A DNA stretch of 64,000 bases from Octopus sinensis (lineage: Eukaryota). The stretch's first letter is position 1, and the number at the start of each line of letters is the position of its first letter. The translations under genes and the position numbers were made by a program. Positions 26,501 to 38,739 of the stretch are shown here, in pieces. Location: positions 57,102,001 to 57,166,000 of the forward strand of contig NC_042998.1 of assembly GCF_006345805.1 (NCBI RefSeq). The letters are read 5' to 3'. The notes beneath the pieces are model-generated. The model was not told the DNA's origin, ran no database searches, and worked only from the letters and a program-made list of their open reading frames with translations.

Positions 26501-27242
26501 AAAAACCAAGCAAAAACATAAAAAAAATGCGAACTAGAACAATATGGGAAGTCTGTTACATGTAAAACAATTATATAAAAATATACGAACACTTGAAAAG
26601 TTGTAGTTGCCACTTTCCTCCGTTCGGATAAAACTGCATAATAGTAGAACAACACATACTTGCAGCTTCATCGTAAATGCTAGCAATGTCAAGAATGACT
26701 ACTTTCAACAAATTACCGCCTGTGCATTTGTTCCTTTTATGCTTTTCCGTCCCTCCTCATTGCTCTCGTTTGTTCTGCTACTACTAACCATATCCCTTCC
26801 TCTCTATTTCCTTTCCTTTGTTTTTCCATTCCTCCTTTTCTTTTTGCCTCTAATTTAGTCAAGCTTTTACTGCTTACGTCTTTTCCTTTTCTTTTTTTTT
26901 TAACTATACCTTCACTCCTTTTCTTTTTTTCTATTATCTGATTTTTTTTATTCATGCTACCGCTTCCCCAGAAAATATTAAAACAGTTATTTCCGTTGAT
27001 ATGTAATCATTAACTTAAGATGGAAAATGTAACTTGCTCAAGAAATCTAATCTAGAGCCAGGAAAATGTGGTAAATTTACGTAGAAAATAAACAAAAATA
27101 TACTATTTTTGCTCATAATCTTATTAAAAATATCTCAGAAGTATTGACCGCTAAACTGCTAGTATTATATTTGCCTTTAATTTACATGGTTAATAAAGAA
27201 AAGAGTATTATATTTGCCTTGTTTACATCGATGAATATTAGT

Positions 27243-27714
27243 TTCAAGTTTTGGCACAAGTCCAGCAGTTTTGGAGGAGGGGGTAAGTCGATTACATCAA
27301 CCCCAAGATTCAACTGGTATTTATTTTATCAGCCCCAAAAGAATGAAAGTCGACCTCAGCGGCGTTTGAACGCCGAATCTAAAGGCAGACAGAATGCCGC
27401 TAAACTTAAAGAAAGATATGCGATAGACTTGGAGAATATGTATTTTCAAATTGGGGAGAACAATGGATGATAGGGTACGAAGGACAGGTAAGTGATGCTA
27501 GCGGATGGGGCCGTTAGTATCACTTTCATATTATCATTTTTTCATTTAATAATTCATTTTTCATAAATTTAATTATTATGTTCTATGTCCCCAATGTTTT
27601 GTAATGTCCCTTCTGCATCGCCCCTTGTGGGTAATAAAAAAAAAATTTTTTTAAATCAGAATGCCGCTAAACATTTTGTGCGACGCAGTAACGATTGTCA
27701 GCTCACCGCCTTAC
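27243..27714 (-). mobile_element. tRNA-derived SINE (same family as the array target), interrupted by an insertion
   Basis: Reverse complement gtaaggcggtgagctgacaatcgtta...atgtttagcggcattctg...gttcaaacgccgctgaggtcgactt aligns with 39535-39558 + 60542-60735. Confidence 0.85.
27406..27656 (+). mobile_element. 5'-truncated copy of the type-C ORF1-only retroelement with 16-bp TSD
   Basis: Aligns with 58270-58506 (..RYA.DLENM...GENNG*, hairpin, gccccttgtgggtaataaa + A run); flanked by identical cagaatgccgctaaac at 27390-27405 and 27657-27672. Confidence 0.92.
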
Positions 27715-28059
27715 GGCGACAAATATTATCTACCTAAGTCACCAGACGTTAAAAAATATTGCGTGAGATACTTTCATCGCATGAGAGAAATAGTATCACA
27801 TAAAGAACATTGTGTTTATTAAATAATATTTATCTTTCACCAGATGTAGTACATTTTTATTGATCTTACCATCACAAAACAATACACTACACACACACAC
27901 GTATTTGTGTGTGTGTACGTGTGTGTGTGTGTGTAGTAGCCTGTATGTCGACATATGCTGAGTGTTCGTGCTAAATTTGATAGTTTATTTAAAGAGAAAA
28001 GAAAACTCGGTATCACATCTGAAGGTAAAAGCATTTAAAAAAATCAAAAAAAAAAAAAA

Positions 28060-28520
28060 AATCAACAAAACTGTGGCTGGGTGATAATAGTTTACTCAAA
28101 GTGGTAGCCCTCAACTTTCACCACAGCGTTAAGACGACTCCGAAACCTGGCGCTTGAGCTCCTTATTATGTCCCTGGGAAGATCATCGAATACCTCCTTG
28201 ATCTTGGACACCAGCTCGGCCTTGGTGTTGTAGGCAGAGCAGTTGATGTCCCTCTCAACTGCACCCTGCACATAATAATCCATGGGATTTCTATCAGGGG
28301 AATTTGGCGGACAGAAATTGGGGCTGGTGACGTCATTGAACTTCTCCGACAACCACAACTGATACTTTCCGGTGGTATGGTAGGGGGCTCGAATCCTGCT
28401 GCCACACATATGGCCTTCCAGCAGTAACCCTGTCCATCAGCTTCACATATCATCTGAAGTGAGCCTAAGGCCGTTCATCTGTTGTTTAAAGAACACCGGT
28501 GTGGCGGCACAGTCAGAACG
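28060..28520 (-). mobile_element. maT/DD37D Tc1-mariner transposase remnant
   Basis: APYHT..YQLWLSEKF...PPNSPDRNPMDYYV.GAVE...RFRSRLNAVV..EG.HFE. Confidence 0.85.
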
Positions 28521-29069
28521 CCTGCTGCGTTTATGCATAGACATAGTACAATGGGAAAATCGGCAGAAAAAAAACAAGGAAAATACATAATGTAAATTTT
28601 GGTAGATAATAAGGGCTATATTAAATTATAAATAGATAAAGTTGTAATCAATGTTACTGCACATCTCAGTTGTAGATAAGCGAAAGCAAAGATGAGTAAG
28701 TGGTAAGCTGTTATGTATAAGGTAGGGAATATAATTCATGTATACTTCATTTCTAAGACATTTAATTTGTAGAATATAATTTCAAGAGGAGTATGTGTTA
28801 GATTCCAGCGAGGCAAGCACTAAAGAAAATCAATAAAGTGCCATTAGAAGATTTTGATATGGCACTGATTGCAAAGTGGGTCAAAAAGAAATGAAAAAAT
28901 AAACTCCGCCATTAACATTGAAGGATAATAAGTATAACATAATGTGTATTCGCATAAATTATACGTCAAATTATATATGTAATCATATAAATGTTATATA
29001 CACACACACACACACACATGGAACGTAAGTATATATATCAGTTAAGTCAAATAAGCAAATACAATCATT

Positions 29070-29430
29070 CATCAACAGATGCTTGCGTAGTATACTTAAA
29101 ATTAGATGGCCCGAACACATAAGCAATATGGAGCTATGGCAAAGATCAAATCAAGTTTCGATTATGGAGCAAATATTTAAGAAAAAGTGGAAGTGGATTG
29201 GTAGCACAATTAAAAAAGACACACCAAATGTAGCGAAAAGTGCTTTACAGTGGAATCCGGATGGATATAGAAAGAAAGGTAGGCATAAGAACTCGTGGCG
29301 GAGATCAACACAAAAGGAACTAGAGAAAGGGGGACATTCATGGCAGAGTATAAGTACAGAAGAGAAAAATTATGCGATATGGAATTAAATTATAAGTGGC
29401 CTATATGCCGCGTTGGTGGGTTAAAGGCGG
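29070..29430 (+). mobile_element. RTE-clade LINE 3' fragment
   Basis: LRSILKIRWPEHISN.ELW.R...KWKWIG....ALQWNPDGYRKKGR.KNSWRR. Confidence 0.85.
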
Positions 29431-29551
29431 AAAAATGTATATATATAATCATGTTCGCTTCTTTGCTAAATTATATATAATAAATTCATTGTAGTAATGA
29501 ACTGAAGAATTAAACAACACTTTTAAGCAGAGTATATTCTCATTAAGCTTA

Positions 29552-30824
29552 TATACAGAGTGCAATGGATAATGTGTTGCCATTTTATATTTTTAAATTC
29601 GGGCATGCGTGTTGTTTGTTTTTGATTTTGTCAGCACAGTGGGGTCAGCTGGACACCGTCTGTGAGAAAAACAGCACCATGATGCAATTCAGTCTGCCAG
29701 AATTCTGGAAACGGCATGCTTGGTTTTCTTGCCGGAAGCTCTAATACGAACATTTCAGAGTGTTTGAGTGTCAATTTGAGGATAGTGCAGAGGATTTGGA
29801 AGAACTAGATGAATCTAATGGTGATTACGAAGGTACGGCAGTTCGGAAAACTCACTCTGATAGTTCTGATAAGAAAAGGATTCCTGAATTTGTTGGTGAG
29901 ATGCAGGCCATGATTCACAACGATTCCTCCAAGTCAATCAGGTCCATCGCCTGGGACATGTGAGTGTGTCTGAGTTTCTTATCAGGCAGGTATTGCATGA
30001 AGAGATTCGGTATTCCTCATACACGATGACAATGAGATAATTTTTAAACCAAGTCATCAAAGCCAAGAGGAAAGACCGCGCTACTAAGCTTTTGAACATT
30101 TTCAAGCACCCCTGAAACCGAGCATGCTTTAGTTTTTCTCAAAGATTTCTGCCAGGATAAAATGGTGAACACACAGATGGTGTTCCCAAAACATGTACTA
30201 AGAGTGATAAAAATCAAACATAGAATCAACATCATAGTGTTTGGAATGATCACAAGTAATCGCAACGTTATACCTCCATTCACCTTCCTACACAGCCTCA
30301 CACTCGACATGGAGGCCTACATAAAATGCCTGGAGGAGGTACCTCTGCCCTGGGTCAAGAGGGTGGTCGCTGGAAGCCCCCATGTCTGGCAACAGGACTC
30401 TGCACCATGCCACAAAAGCAGGAGAGATCAGTCATGGCTGTCAGACAATTTCTGCGACCACATCACCACTAACATTTGGAAAACCTAACTCTCTGAACTG
30501 CTCCCCACTTGAATATTATGTGTGGAGCGCGGTTGAGCGAGGGACTAATAAAACTCATTGTAACAGCAAAGATGAACTGAAAGCAAGGATTATGGCAGCA
30601 TTCACCTACTTAAACAAGGCGACCGTCCAGAAGAGTTGCAGATGATTTTGAAGTCGTCTGGAGGCTGTGGTAGAAACCAATAGCGATTTTATTGAATGAA
30701 TTTACTGTTTAGTATTTCAAGATATTGTTGTGTAATTTTGGTAAACATATCTGTTAAAATGAGATGTCAGTGTTATTTTCACTTATGCGAAATTTAGACG
30801 ACAGTTTATACACCGCATTCTATA
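29552..30824 (+). mobile_element. Near full-length decayed maT/DD37D transposon (~1.27 kb)
   Basis: Frameshifted transposase (..VFGMITS....PPF..; WQQDSAPCHKS..QSWLSDNF; PNS..CSPLEYYVWSAVE; SRLEAVV); degenerate TA-flanked TIRs. Confidence 0.85.
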
Positions 30825-30947
30825 TATGTATGTACGATTATATATATTCATGTGTGTGTGTATGTATGTATGTATGTATATACATATATATATATGTATA
30901 TATATATAAATAAATAAATATATATATATTATATATGTGTGTGTATA

Positions 30948-30993
<46 letters not shown>
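30825..30993. repeat. (TA)n/(TATG)n microsatellite
   Basis: Direct reading. Confidence 0.95.
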
Positions 30994-30997
<4 letters not shown>

Positions 30998-33900
30998 AGG
31001 AAAAATTTTTTTAAAAATGCAGAATGCTCAAATGAAAGAAAATTTTAATAAAATGAGAAAATGATAAAATATATAAATATATATTTATTCAACCGGTTTT
31101 CGTCATTGTATGACTTGTCAAGAATATTTATGTTTTAAGAAGTATTTTAAAAATTAGAAAGGGGAAAAAAAAGAAAATTGCATTGTTTTTTGTAAAAGAA
31201 TAATGATAAAAATGTACAAAAATTAAAAAATAAGTTCTCCGATACATTGTGAGTTCGTTGTGTATCTTGAGTTTTATGGTTGTTTACCAAAAAATTACCT
31301 TGAGGTGTTAAGATCCAAAGGGATTAAGAGCATGTGATGTGTTGTGTTGTTAAATTCAGCATGTTGCAGGACAGGAAGTAGTAGTAATTGTGGTCCTGGT
31401 TCTTCAGTTCCTGTGTTGTGGGTAAGGGGAGACAACTCTTTTGAGTTCTTCAATAAAACCCAAATTATACAACTATCATTTTAGCTTCATTTGCATTATC
31501 TTTTTTATATAATTGCTTATTAACTTAACTTTCAGATTTTAACACTTTATTTATATTATTTTCTAATAATATAAATCTGCATAGACAATTGCATTTCAAA
31601 TTGTCATATCATTTATAATAAAAATGATAGTAATAACAACAATAGTAAAAATGATATTTAAAGAATATAAGTTTTAGCTTGAAGTGATGAATGCATGGTA
31701 TCTTTATATATTTGTGTTAGTCCATCCATGAAGAGTGAGGTAGAGAAAGGAAGTTTGATCAACGAGGAGTTTGCATATTAAGTTGTGTTGGAATTTTTCA
31801 ATAAAGAGATTCTCCTTGTTAATTCTCTCCTGTGTGGTGATCCCGTCTTTACATTGGTAGAAGGGGAATATATAGAATTTGGGGTTTAAGTCTTTAGCAC
31901 ATGAGTCTAAGTGGTCACTCAGTGGAATTTGTCGGTATTCCGGGAGATTTATTTGTTCTTTATGCACCGTTACTCGTTTACGTAACGGGAGACTCGTTTG
32001 TCCAACATAATTATGTTGGCAACCAGCGCATGTGAGAACGTAGATAAGGTTCTCGGAGGAACAGGAGAAGTTAGTCTTGATTTTAAACTTCGTACCTTGT
32101 TTGAAGGTAAATTCAGAGCCTTCAAGTAGAAAGGGGCAGGTACCACAGTTTGAGCGTGCACATTTTTTTACTGTTGGGGGTGGATGTGGTGTGTGAAGTT
32201 GGCATTTGTCAAGAGTTTTTTTAAAGATTTTTGTTGCCTTTTGCATTTGAGGATTTTGTGTGTATTTATAATGTTTTTCATTTTTGGGTCTGTTGACAGT
32301 AGACTGAGGTTTTGTATGATTGTGGTGTATGCTTCGATATTTTTGGGGTTGTGGGTGGAAATGTATGGAAGTATTTTGAGGTTGTGGTGGTGTTAGGTTG
32401 GGTGGTTTTCAGTGTAGTGTTGTCTAGTTCTTTGGCGCGTTTTATTCCATACTCTATAAGGGTGGAGGGATATTGACGTTGTAATAGTGTTTTTTTGAGG
32501 TCTTGAAGGCGTATTTCTCGTGTTTTTGGATCCGAGACAATGGTGCATACCCTTTTAGCTAAATTGAAAGGGATATTGTCTTGGTGTGTTTTGGGTGGCA
32601 TGAACTAAAGAGGAGGTATTGTTGTGAGTCTGTAGGTTTGTGGTAGATGTCTGTTATGATTTGGTTCTTAGGTGTTTTTATAATTAGGAGATCAAGGAAT
32701 GGGAGATGATGTTTGCTTAATTCCATAGTGAATTGGATGTTGGGATGTATGTTGTTTAGTATGGTTTTGAATTCCAGGAGTTTTTCATAAGGTTCTTTCC
32801 ATATGATGAAACAATCATCTAAATACCTTTTCCAGTTTTCCATTAGGTAGGTGTGGAAAACATGTCCAAATTTCTGGCTTGATATTTCATAGAGTGACAG
32901 TTCGAAGTAACCCATTATGAGGTTCGCAAGGACTGGTGCAGCCTTGGTACCCATCGCAATGCCACATTTTTGACGGTAGTGTGTGTCGTCGAAGAGAAAA
33001 AAATTGTTTGTCAGAATGAACTTAAGAGATTCTGTAATAAAAGACTTGTTAATGCGGTCAGGGAATGTCTCTGGCTGTTTTTCTAGCCAGAAGTCAATTG
33101 CCTCTATACCATACTCGTGTGGAATGTTGTGTAGAGTTGATGACATCAAAGGATACCAGGAGTGCCTCCTCGTTAACTGTTTTCGGGAGGTGTTTGAGCA
33201 TGTCCAGATCATCCCTAATGAAACTTTTGATGTGGGTAAGGAAAGGTTTCAAAAGGATTTCTAGGAAGTTACTCAGGCGGTGTGTTTCACAGGAGGTACC
33301 AGCCACGATGGGCCTTAGTTTTAGTCCTCCAGTGCTTTGATGTTGATGTGGATGTCAGTGGAGAGTTTGCAGGCTTCGGTGATGTATTTGTTTTATGGAT
33401 TTTAGGAAGGCCATAAAAAAGGCTGGGCTTGCATTTGAAAATGGTGATATAATCCCTTTCTTTTTCTGTGAGTCCCTGACCGTGTTGGCGTATGAGTGTG
33501 GTGAGGTTTCTGATTGTTTTTTGCTGTTTGTAGTTGTTAATAACCTCATAGAAAATGTTATTGTTAAGCATGGAGAACACTAGGTGTTTATAAAATTCCG
33601 TGTTCATAAGGACCACAGCACTCCCTTGTCCGCTTCTTTGATGGTGAGGTTTTTATCCAGTTGTATGTCACGTAGGTTTTCCCATTCTTCCTTACTGAAA
33701 TTGGATTTTACCTTGGTTTTGCTTGGGGTAAAGGGGAGACTCTGGATGTGTTTACAGAAAACGTCCAGTGTTTTATTTCTCCCTTTTGGTGGTAGGAAGT
33801 TGCTTTTATTTCTGATCAATGAATCGTCCCCATTGTTGATATCTGTCAAAGCTTCTGTTAGGCGAAGTTTTCTGCAGAATTCAGAAACGTCATCCTTGAC

Positions 33901-34956
33901 CTCCGGGGGTTGGGTGTTCTTGGGGTGGGTGTGAATTTCAAACCTCTGCTAGGATGTTGATTTGGGTTGGTGTCAGTGTTTTGCTGGAGAGGTTTATAAT
34001 TTTTGTTTTCTTATTTTGGGTCTGTGTTAGCGGTGGTGTTTGTATTTTTCCCCTCTGTCTAAAAAATGGTTGTTGAGGTAAGGGGTGTATTCTTTGTTAA
34101 AGTTCTGGTTGTATGTGTAGGAGTGTTTTTGGGTGGGGAGGTTGGAGGGGGGTAGGTAGTTGTCGTATTTGTGTTGGTATGGGATGCGATGGTGTAAGGA
34201 TTTGTGAGAAATGCGATGGGTTTGTGGGTGTGTGACTGGTAGATTGTATGGGGGGATGTAGGGGGGTATGTAGTTGTGGTGATTGGGTTCGTGTGGGATG
34301 TGAGGGTTTGGAGATCTGTAGGAGATGTGGTAGGAATGTGGTTGTTGGATGGGTGGACTATAGGGGGTTCGTTGGGTGGGTCTTATATGTATCGGTGTGG
34401 GTAGGATGCTTTGTTTGTTATTAGTGTGAGGGAGGGGAGCCTTGAGGGGGGGATAATTTCTAGTGTATGGGAGGTTCTTGAAGGTTCTAATCGGTGGGGG
34501 AGGGGTGTTAGAGTGATTGGAAAACCAGGTTTTGTGGTGGGTCTTGTTTGAGATGTTTCGGGGGGGAAAAGGTTTTTTATATGGTTGGGGGAGGTTGTGT
34601 CCTGTTAGGAGGGGGTTTGGAGAGTATGTGTATTTGGATCTTAACACCTCAAGGTAATTTTTTGGTAAACAACCATAAAACTCAAGATACACAACGAACT
34701 CACAATGTATCGGAGAACTTATTTTTTAATTTTTGTACATTTTTATCATTATTCTTTTACAAAAAACAATGCAATTTTCTTTTTTTCCCCTTTCTAATTT
34801 TTAAAATAACTTCTTAAAACATAATATTCTTGACAAGTCATACAATGACGAAAACCGGTTGAATAAATATATATTATATATTTTATCATTTTCTCATTTT
34901 ATTAAAATTTTCTTTCATTTGAGCATTCTGCATTTTTAAAAAAATTTTTCCTTACT
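30994..34956 (-). mobile_element. Penelope-like element (Neptune type) with inverted pseudo-LTR
   Basis: Frameshifted RT (GLKFTPTP, KEADKG.AVV.M, FYGLPKIHK, LVSFDV, GIAMGT..AP, RYLDDCFIIW, LPFLD, TDIYHKPTD), Cys linker KCARSNCGTCP, GIY-YIG (NLIYVLTC.GC..YVGQT..LRKRV..HK); 30994-31319 is the reverse complement of 34633-34956. Confidence 0.95.
31704..34000 (-). pseudogene. Penelope RT + GIY-YIG endonuclease ORF broken by several frameshifts
   Basis: Track ORFs 33604-33849, 33287-33616, 33094-33306, 32559-33212, 32278-32601 and 31704-32246 are consecutive pieces of one protein. Confidence 0.9.
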
Positions 34957-35002
34957 TATCATTTCTCCACGTGCGGTCAACACAACCCCACCATTTATTG
35001 AT

Positions 35003-35103
35003 CTATATATATATATATATATATATATCTGTATATGTATGTGTATATGTGTATATATATGTATATATATAATGTATATATGTATGTATATGTATATATG
35101 TAT

Positions 35104-35145
<42 letters not shown>

Positions 35146-35225
35146 ATATGTCTATATATATATGTATATGTATATATATATGTATATATCTATATATATG
35201 TATATATCTATATATATGTATATAC
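35003..35225. repeat. (TA)n-rich microsatellite
   Basis: Direct reading. Confidence 0.95.
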
Positions 35226-35227
35226 AA

Positions 35228-35820
35228 GACAACACATCTCGAGGATTGAATCACCCCAGAGAGCACTCACTAAACGAATTGGAGGCATGGCTGCTCTCGA
35301 ATATTGGGATCGCCTTAAAGCCTTGAAACTCTACTCTCTCCAGCGTCGCCGTGAGCGGTATATCATTTGTACGATGCGGAGAATATACCGCCAACTTTGC
35401 CCAAACGACCTGAACATTAGCTTCAAGGTTCATCCAAGACTGGGACCACGGGCCATACGTCCCCTGCCCAATTCAAGATCACAGCATACATGTACACTAC
35501 AACATAATTTCTTTTCCTTAACAGGCCCTGCCCTATTTAACATTGTCCCGAAAGAGATCAAAGAGGAACAGGATCCCATCAACTTTAAACGGAGTCTGGA
35601 TAGATTCATTCAAGGAATACCCGATAAGCCACCCATAATTGGATACAACTCGCCCAACAAAAACTCACTACTTGAATGGACCATAAACAAAACTTGACTT
35701 AAACAGGATTCAAATAATCCTATCAGGTGGTGCTATTAAGTTATATTAAGTTATATTAAGTTATACATGGCCTGGACCAATCATTGGTCGAAACATATCT
35801 AAGTTTATCTAAGTTTATGT
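35228..35820 (+). mobile_element. CR1-group LINE 3' end with tandem-repeat tail
   Basis: [22 protein letters not shown]...GPALFNIVP.EI....FKRSLDRF...IPD.P...GY...NSL; 3' ggcctggaccaatcattggtcgaaac then (ctaagtttat) repeats. Confidence 0.85.
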
Positions 35821-35891
35821 ATGTATATATATATATATTTGTATATATATTTATGTGTATATATATGTGTGTTTATATATATGTGTGTTTA

Positions 35892-35945
<54 letters not shown>

Positions 35946-36160
35946 CAAATATATATATATACATATACGTATATATAGACATATACATATATATATATAC
36001 ATATATACATATACATACATATATACATATATATATATACATATATACACACATATACACATACATATACAGATATATATACACATATATATATACACAT
36101 ATACACATATACAGTAATTGTCACATACTATTATAAAGATATATATATATATATATGATA
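35821..36160. repeat. (TA)n/(TACA)n microsatellite
   Basis: Direct reading. Confidence 0.95.
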
Positions 36161-36590
36161 TATGCAGGAAAGTTCTGGGGTTGTTGATGCAAAGAAAGCA
36201 TCAAGATTGGTTTAAAGAAAATGATGTGGTTATTTTTATATGAGTGGTTATTTTTATATGAGTCATAGGTTTTTTTGCTTTTATTTTTATTATCATTTGT
36301 CCGATGAGTCCCCGGGAGATGGGTAAAGGGACAATCCCTGTGCAAACACAATCTGTCTCGCAGGGAATAACGGCAGATTTGGGGATTCCTTGTTTGAGAT
36401 ATTGGTGGTAGTGGTGGTGTTGTAATAGAGTATATATTATGTTGTTGTTTGTGGGAATGGAGCGTTATATATAGTTAAAATTTACAGAGAAAGTAAAGAC
36501 GAAGGCAGGTGTATAAACAACAAGTAGGTGTTTTAGTTTGGCGCTCGGGAAGGTGGGAAAGTCTTTTACGTTTCGAGCCTACGCTCTCTA
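36160..36590. mobile_element. Decayed Penelope pLTR fragments
   Basis: Plus strand ccgatga-gtccc..gggac (broken hammerhead-like core); minus strand gagagcgtaggctcgaaacgtaaaagactttc. Confidence 0.5.
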
Positions 36591-36756
36591 ACGTATATAT
36601 ATATATATATATATATGTATATACATGCAAATGTATGTATATGCATGTATGTATGTATGTATGTATGTATGTATGTATGCATGTATGTATGTATGTATGT
36701 ATGTATATATATACATACATACATACATATACATATACATATAAATATATATATAT

Positions 36757-37577
36757 ATAATAGTTATCGCCATACTAATATGGCATTCTTATAAAAATAA
36801 GAATAAAGCTGTCTGCTTATTAGCTCCATGAGGCCATCGCCTTAAGTTAGCTATTTGATACACAAACTGTATCCATATAACCTTCGAACAAGGGAGGTCA
36901 GTCGCTCCACACTACTTGACCGGCAGCTACAGACGCGTTTCGGGGTATTGCCCCTTTTCAATGCAGCGTAGCCAGCCAGTAGGTGTCGCTTCTGACAATC
37001 TCTGTTCGATGGTTTTATTTACCTAGTTTCGGTGGAATACATCCACTTGTTTTCAATAATAGAAATATTAAAATTACTAAGTCTCTCTAAAAGAGAACAG
37101 CGGCAGCGTTCCCGGAAAATAATAGCTATCGCCATACTAATATGGCATTCTTATAAAAATAAGAATAAAGCTGTCTGCTTATTAGCTCCATGAGACTTAG
37201 TAATTTTAATATTTCTATTATTGAAAACAAGTGGATGTATTCCACCGAAACTAGGTAAATAAAACCATCGAACAGAGATTGTCAGAAGCGACACCTACTG
37301 GCTGGCTACGCTGCATTGAAAAGGGGCAATACCCCGAAACGCGTCTGTAGCTGCCGGTCAAGTAGTGTGGAGCGACTGACCTCCCTTGTTCGAAGGTTAT
37401 ATGGATACAGTTTGTGTATCAAATAGCTAACTTAAGGCGATGGCCTCATGGAGCTAATAAGCAGACAGCTTTATTCTTATTTTTATAAGAATGCCATATT
37501 AGTATGGCGATAACTATTATTTTCCGGGAACGCTGCCGCTGTTCTCTTTTAGAGAGACTTAGTAATTTTAATATTTC

Positions 37578-37582
<5 letters not shown>
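36757..37582. mobile_element. Retrozyme-like non-autonomous Penelope unit (362 bp), two over-unit-length permuted copies in inverted orientation
   Basis: Period 362 in both arms (tagttatcgcc 36761 / tagctatcgcc 37123; gagacttag 37192 / 37554); the arms are reverse complements joined at a gag microhomology (~37192-37194). Confidence 0.85.
37310..37351 (+). ncRNA. Minimal type I hammerhead ribozyme variant (U3-A8)
   Basis: GCTGCA-TTGAAAA-GGGG caata CCCC-GAAA-CGCG-TC-TGTAGC: stem I 6 bp, stem II 4 bp, palindromic stem III, GUC cleavage triplet; a mirror copy lies on the minus strand near 36925-36966. Confidence 0.8.

Positions 37583-37670
<88 letters not shown>
37583..37670. repeat. (TA)n microsatellite
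   Basis: Direct reading. Confidence 0.95.
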
Positions 37671-37671
<1 letters not shown>

Positions 37672-38739
37672 TGTATAGAAAGTTGAAAAGTTCCTGCTTT
37701 GCATAAAAGGAAATATATGAGGATCAGTAAATATGTGATTCACCCACTTACTGCAGCGGTTCTTTATTTTTAAAAATAATTTTTGAAAAGAACGCGGTAG
37801 GTTTGACGTCCAACCAGTCCTTGTAGCGAGGAACCTTTCAATACCCTATTTTTTTATATCTATACGTACATATACATATATGTGCACTCATTCATAATCA
37901 CACACGTAAATATTTATGATCGTGTAGCTTGAAGTTTGAGACATTTTCACCTTGAAAATGTGATGTTTTTGTATATTTTTGGCCTTTATTTCACGATCCC
38001 CAAATGAATGAAAAGACAAAACTTGATTTTGGCTGGAGTTGAACTCGCAATATTGTGCAATGAAAGAATGATATTTAATCAAAAATTGCGCCAGCATTTA
38101 TAATTTGCTACAGAGTTACATGGTAGAATATGCTGTTGAGGAGGGTTGTAATGGGTTTAATCGAACTCTATTCGACCTTGCACATGTCTTATGGAATCAC
38201 ATGTACGTTCTGTGGAGATTATTCAGTGACCTAATCAGTATTTTTTGTATTGCAAAAATTCCGAGCTTTAGTGGCAGTGCATTTTAAAACAGGTAATAAA
38301 AATCCTACCGAGTCTGGAGATACAATTTATATTTGGTGAATTCACCAACCATAAATAAGATCTTCCAGTTCAGTGAGGCTACAAAAAAGATTTAACAACT
38401 GAAACATTTAACTGTTCTTAATCTATAAATTCCTTTTCTTCCTCATCTTTTTTTAATATTTTACCTTCTTTTGTTTATTTCCCTTTATCTGTAAAGCTTA
38501 TATACTTGTCTCAGTTTGCCCTCGTTTAACTATTTTATATGGATGCTTAGATTGAAGAAATACACTTTTTTGGTTCTTTAACAATAAAAAGCAAAGCTGA
38601 TATCGAATAGATTTGAAATCGGAACAAGAATTATCGTCACGAAACACAGTAATTAATTTTGTCCGGTGGTGAAAGGCATTTACACAGACATACGCACACA
38701 CACACACACTATCGATGTCACAATGCATGCGTGTTGTTT

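Noticed and set aside
34633-34692. ATG start MYLEFYGCLPKNY of the 221-aa ORF
   Set aside because: It lies in the inverted pLTR copy, so it is an accidental fusion to the element body.
35003-37743. Many YI/IY/MYV-rich ORFs in the track (also 63504-63821)
   Set aside because: These are translations of microsatellites.
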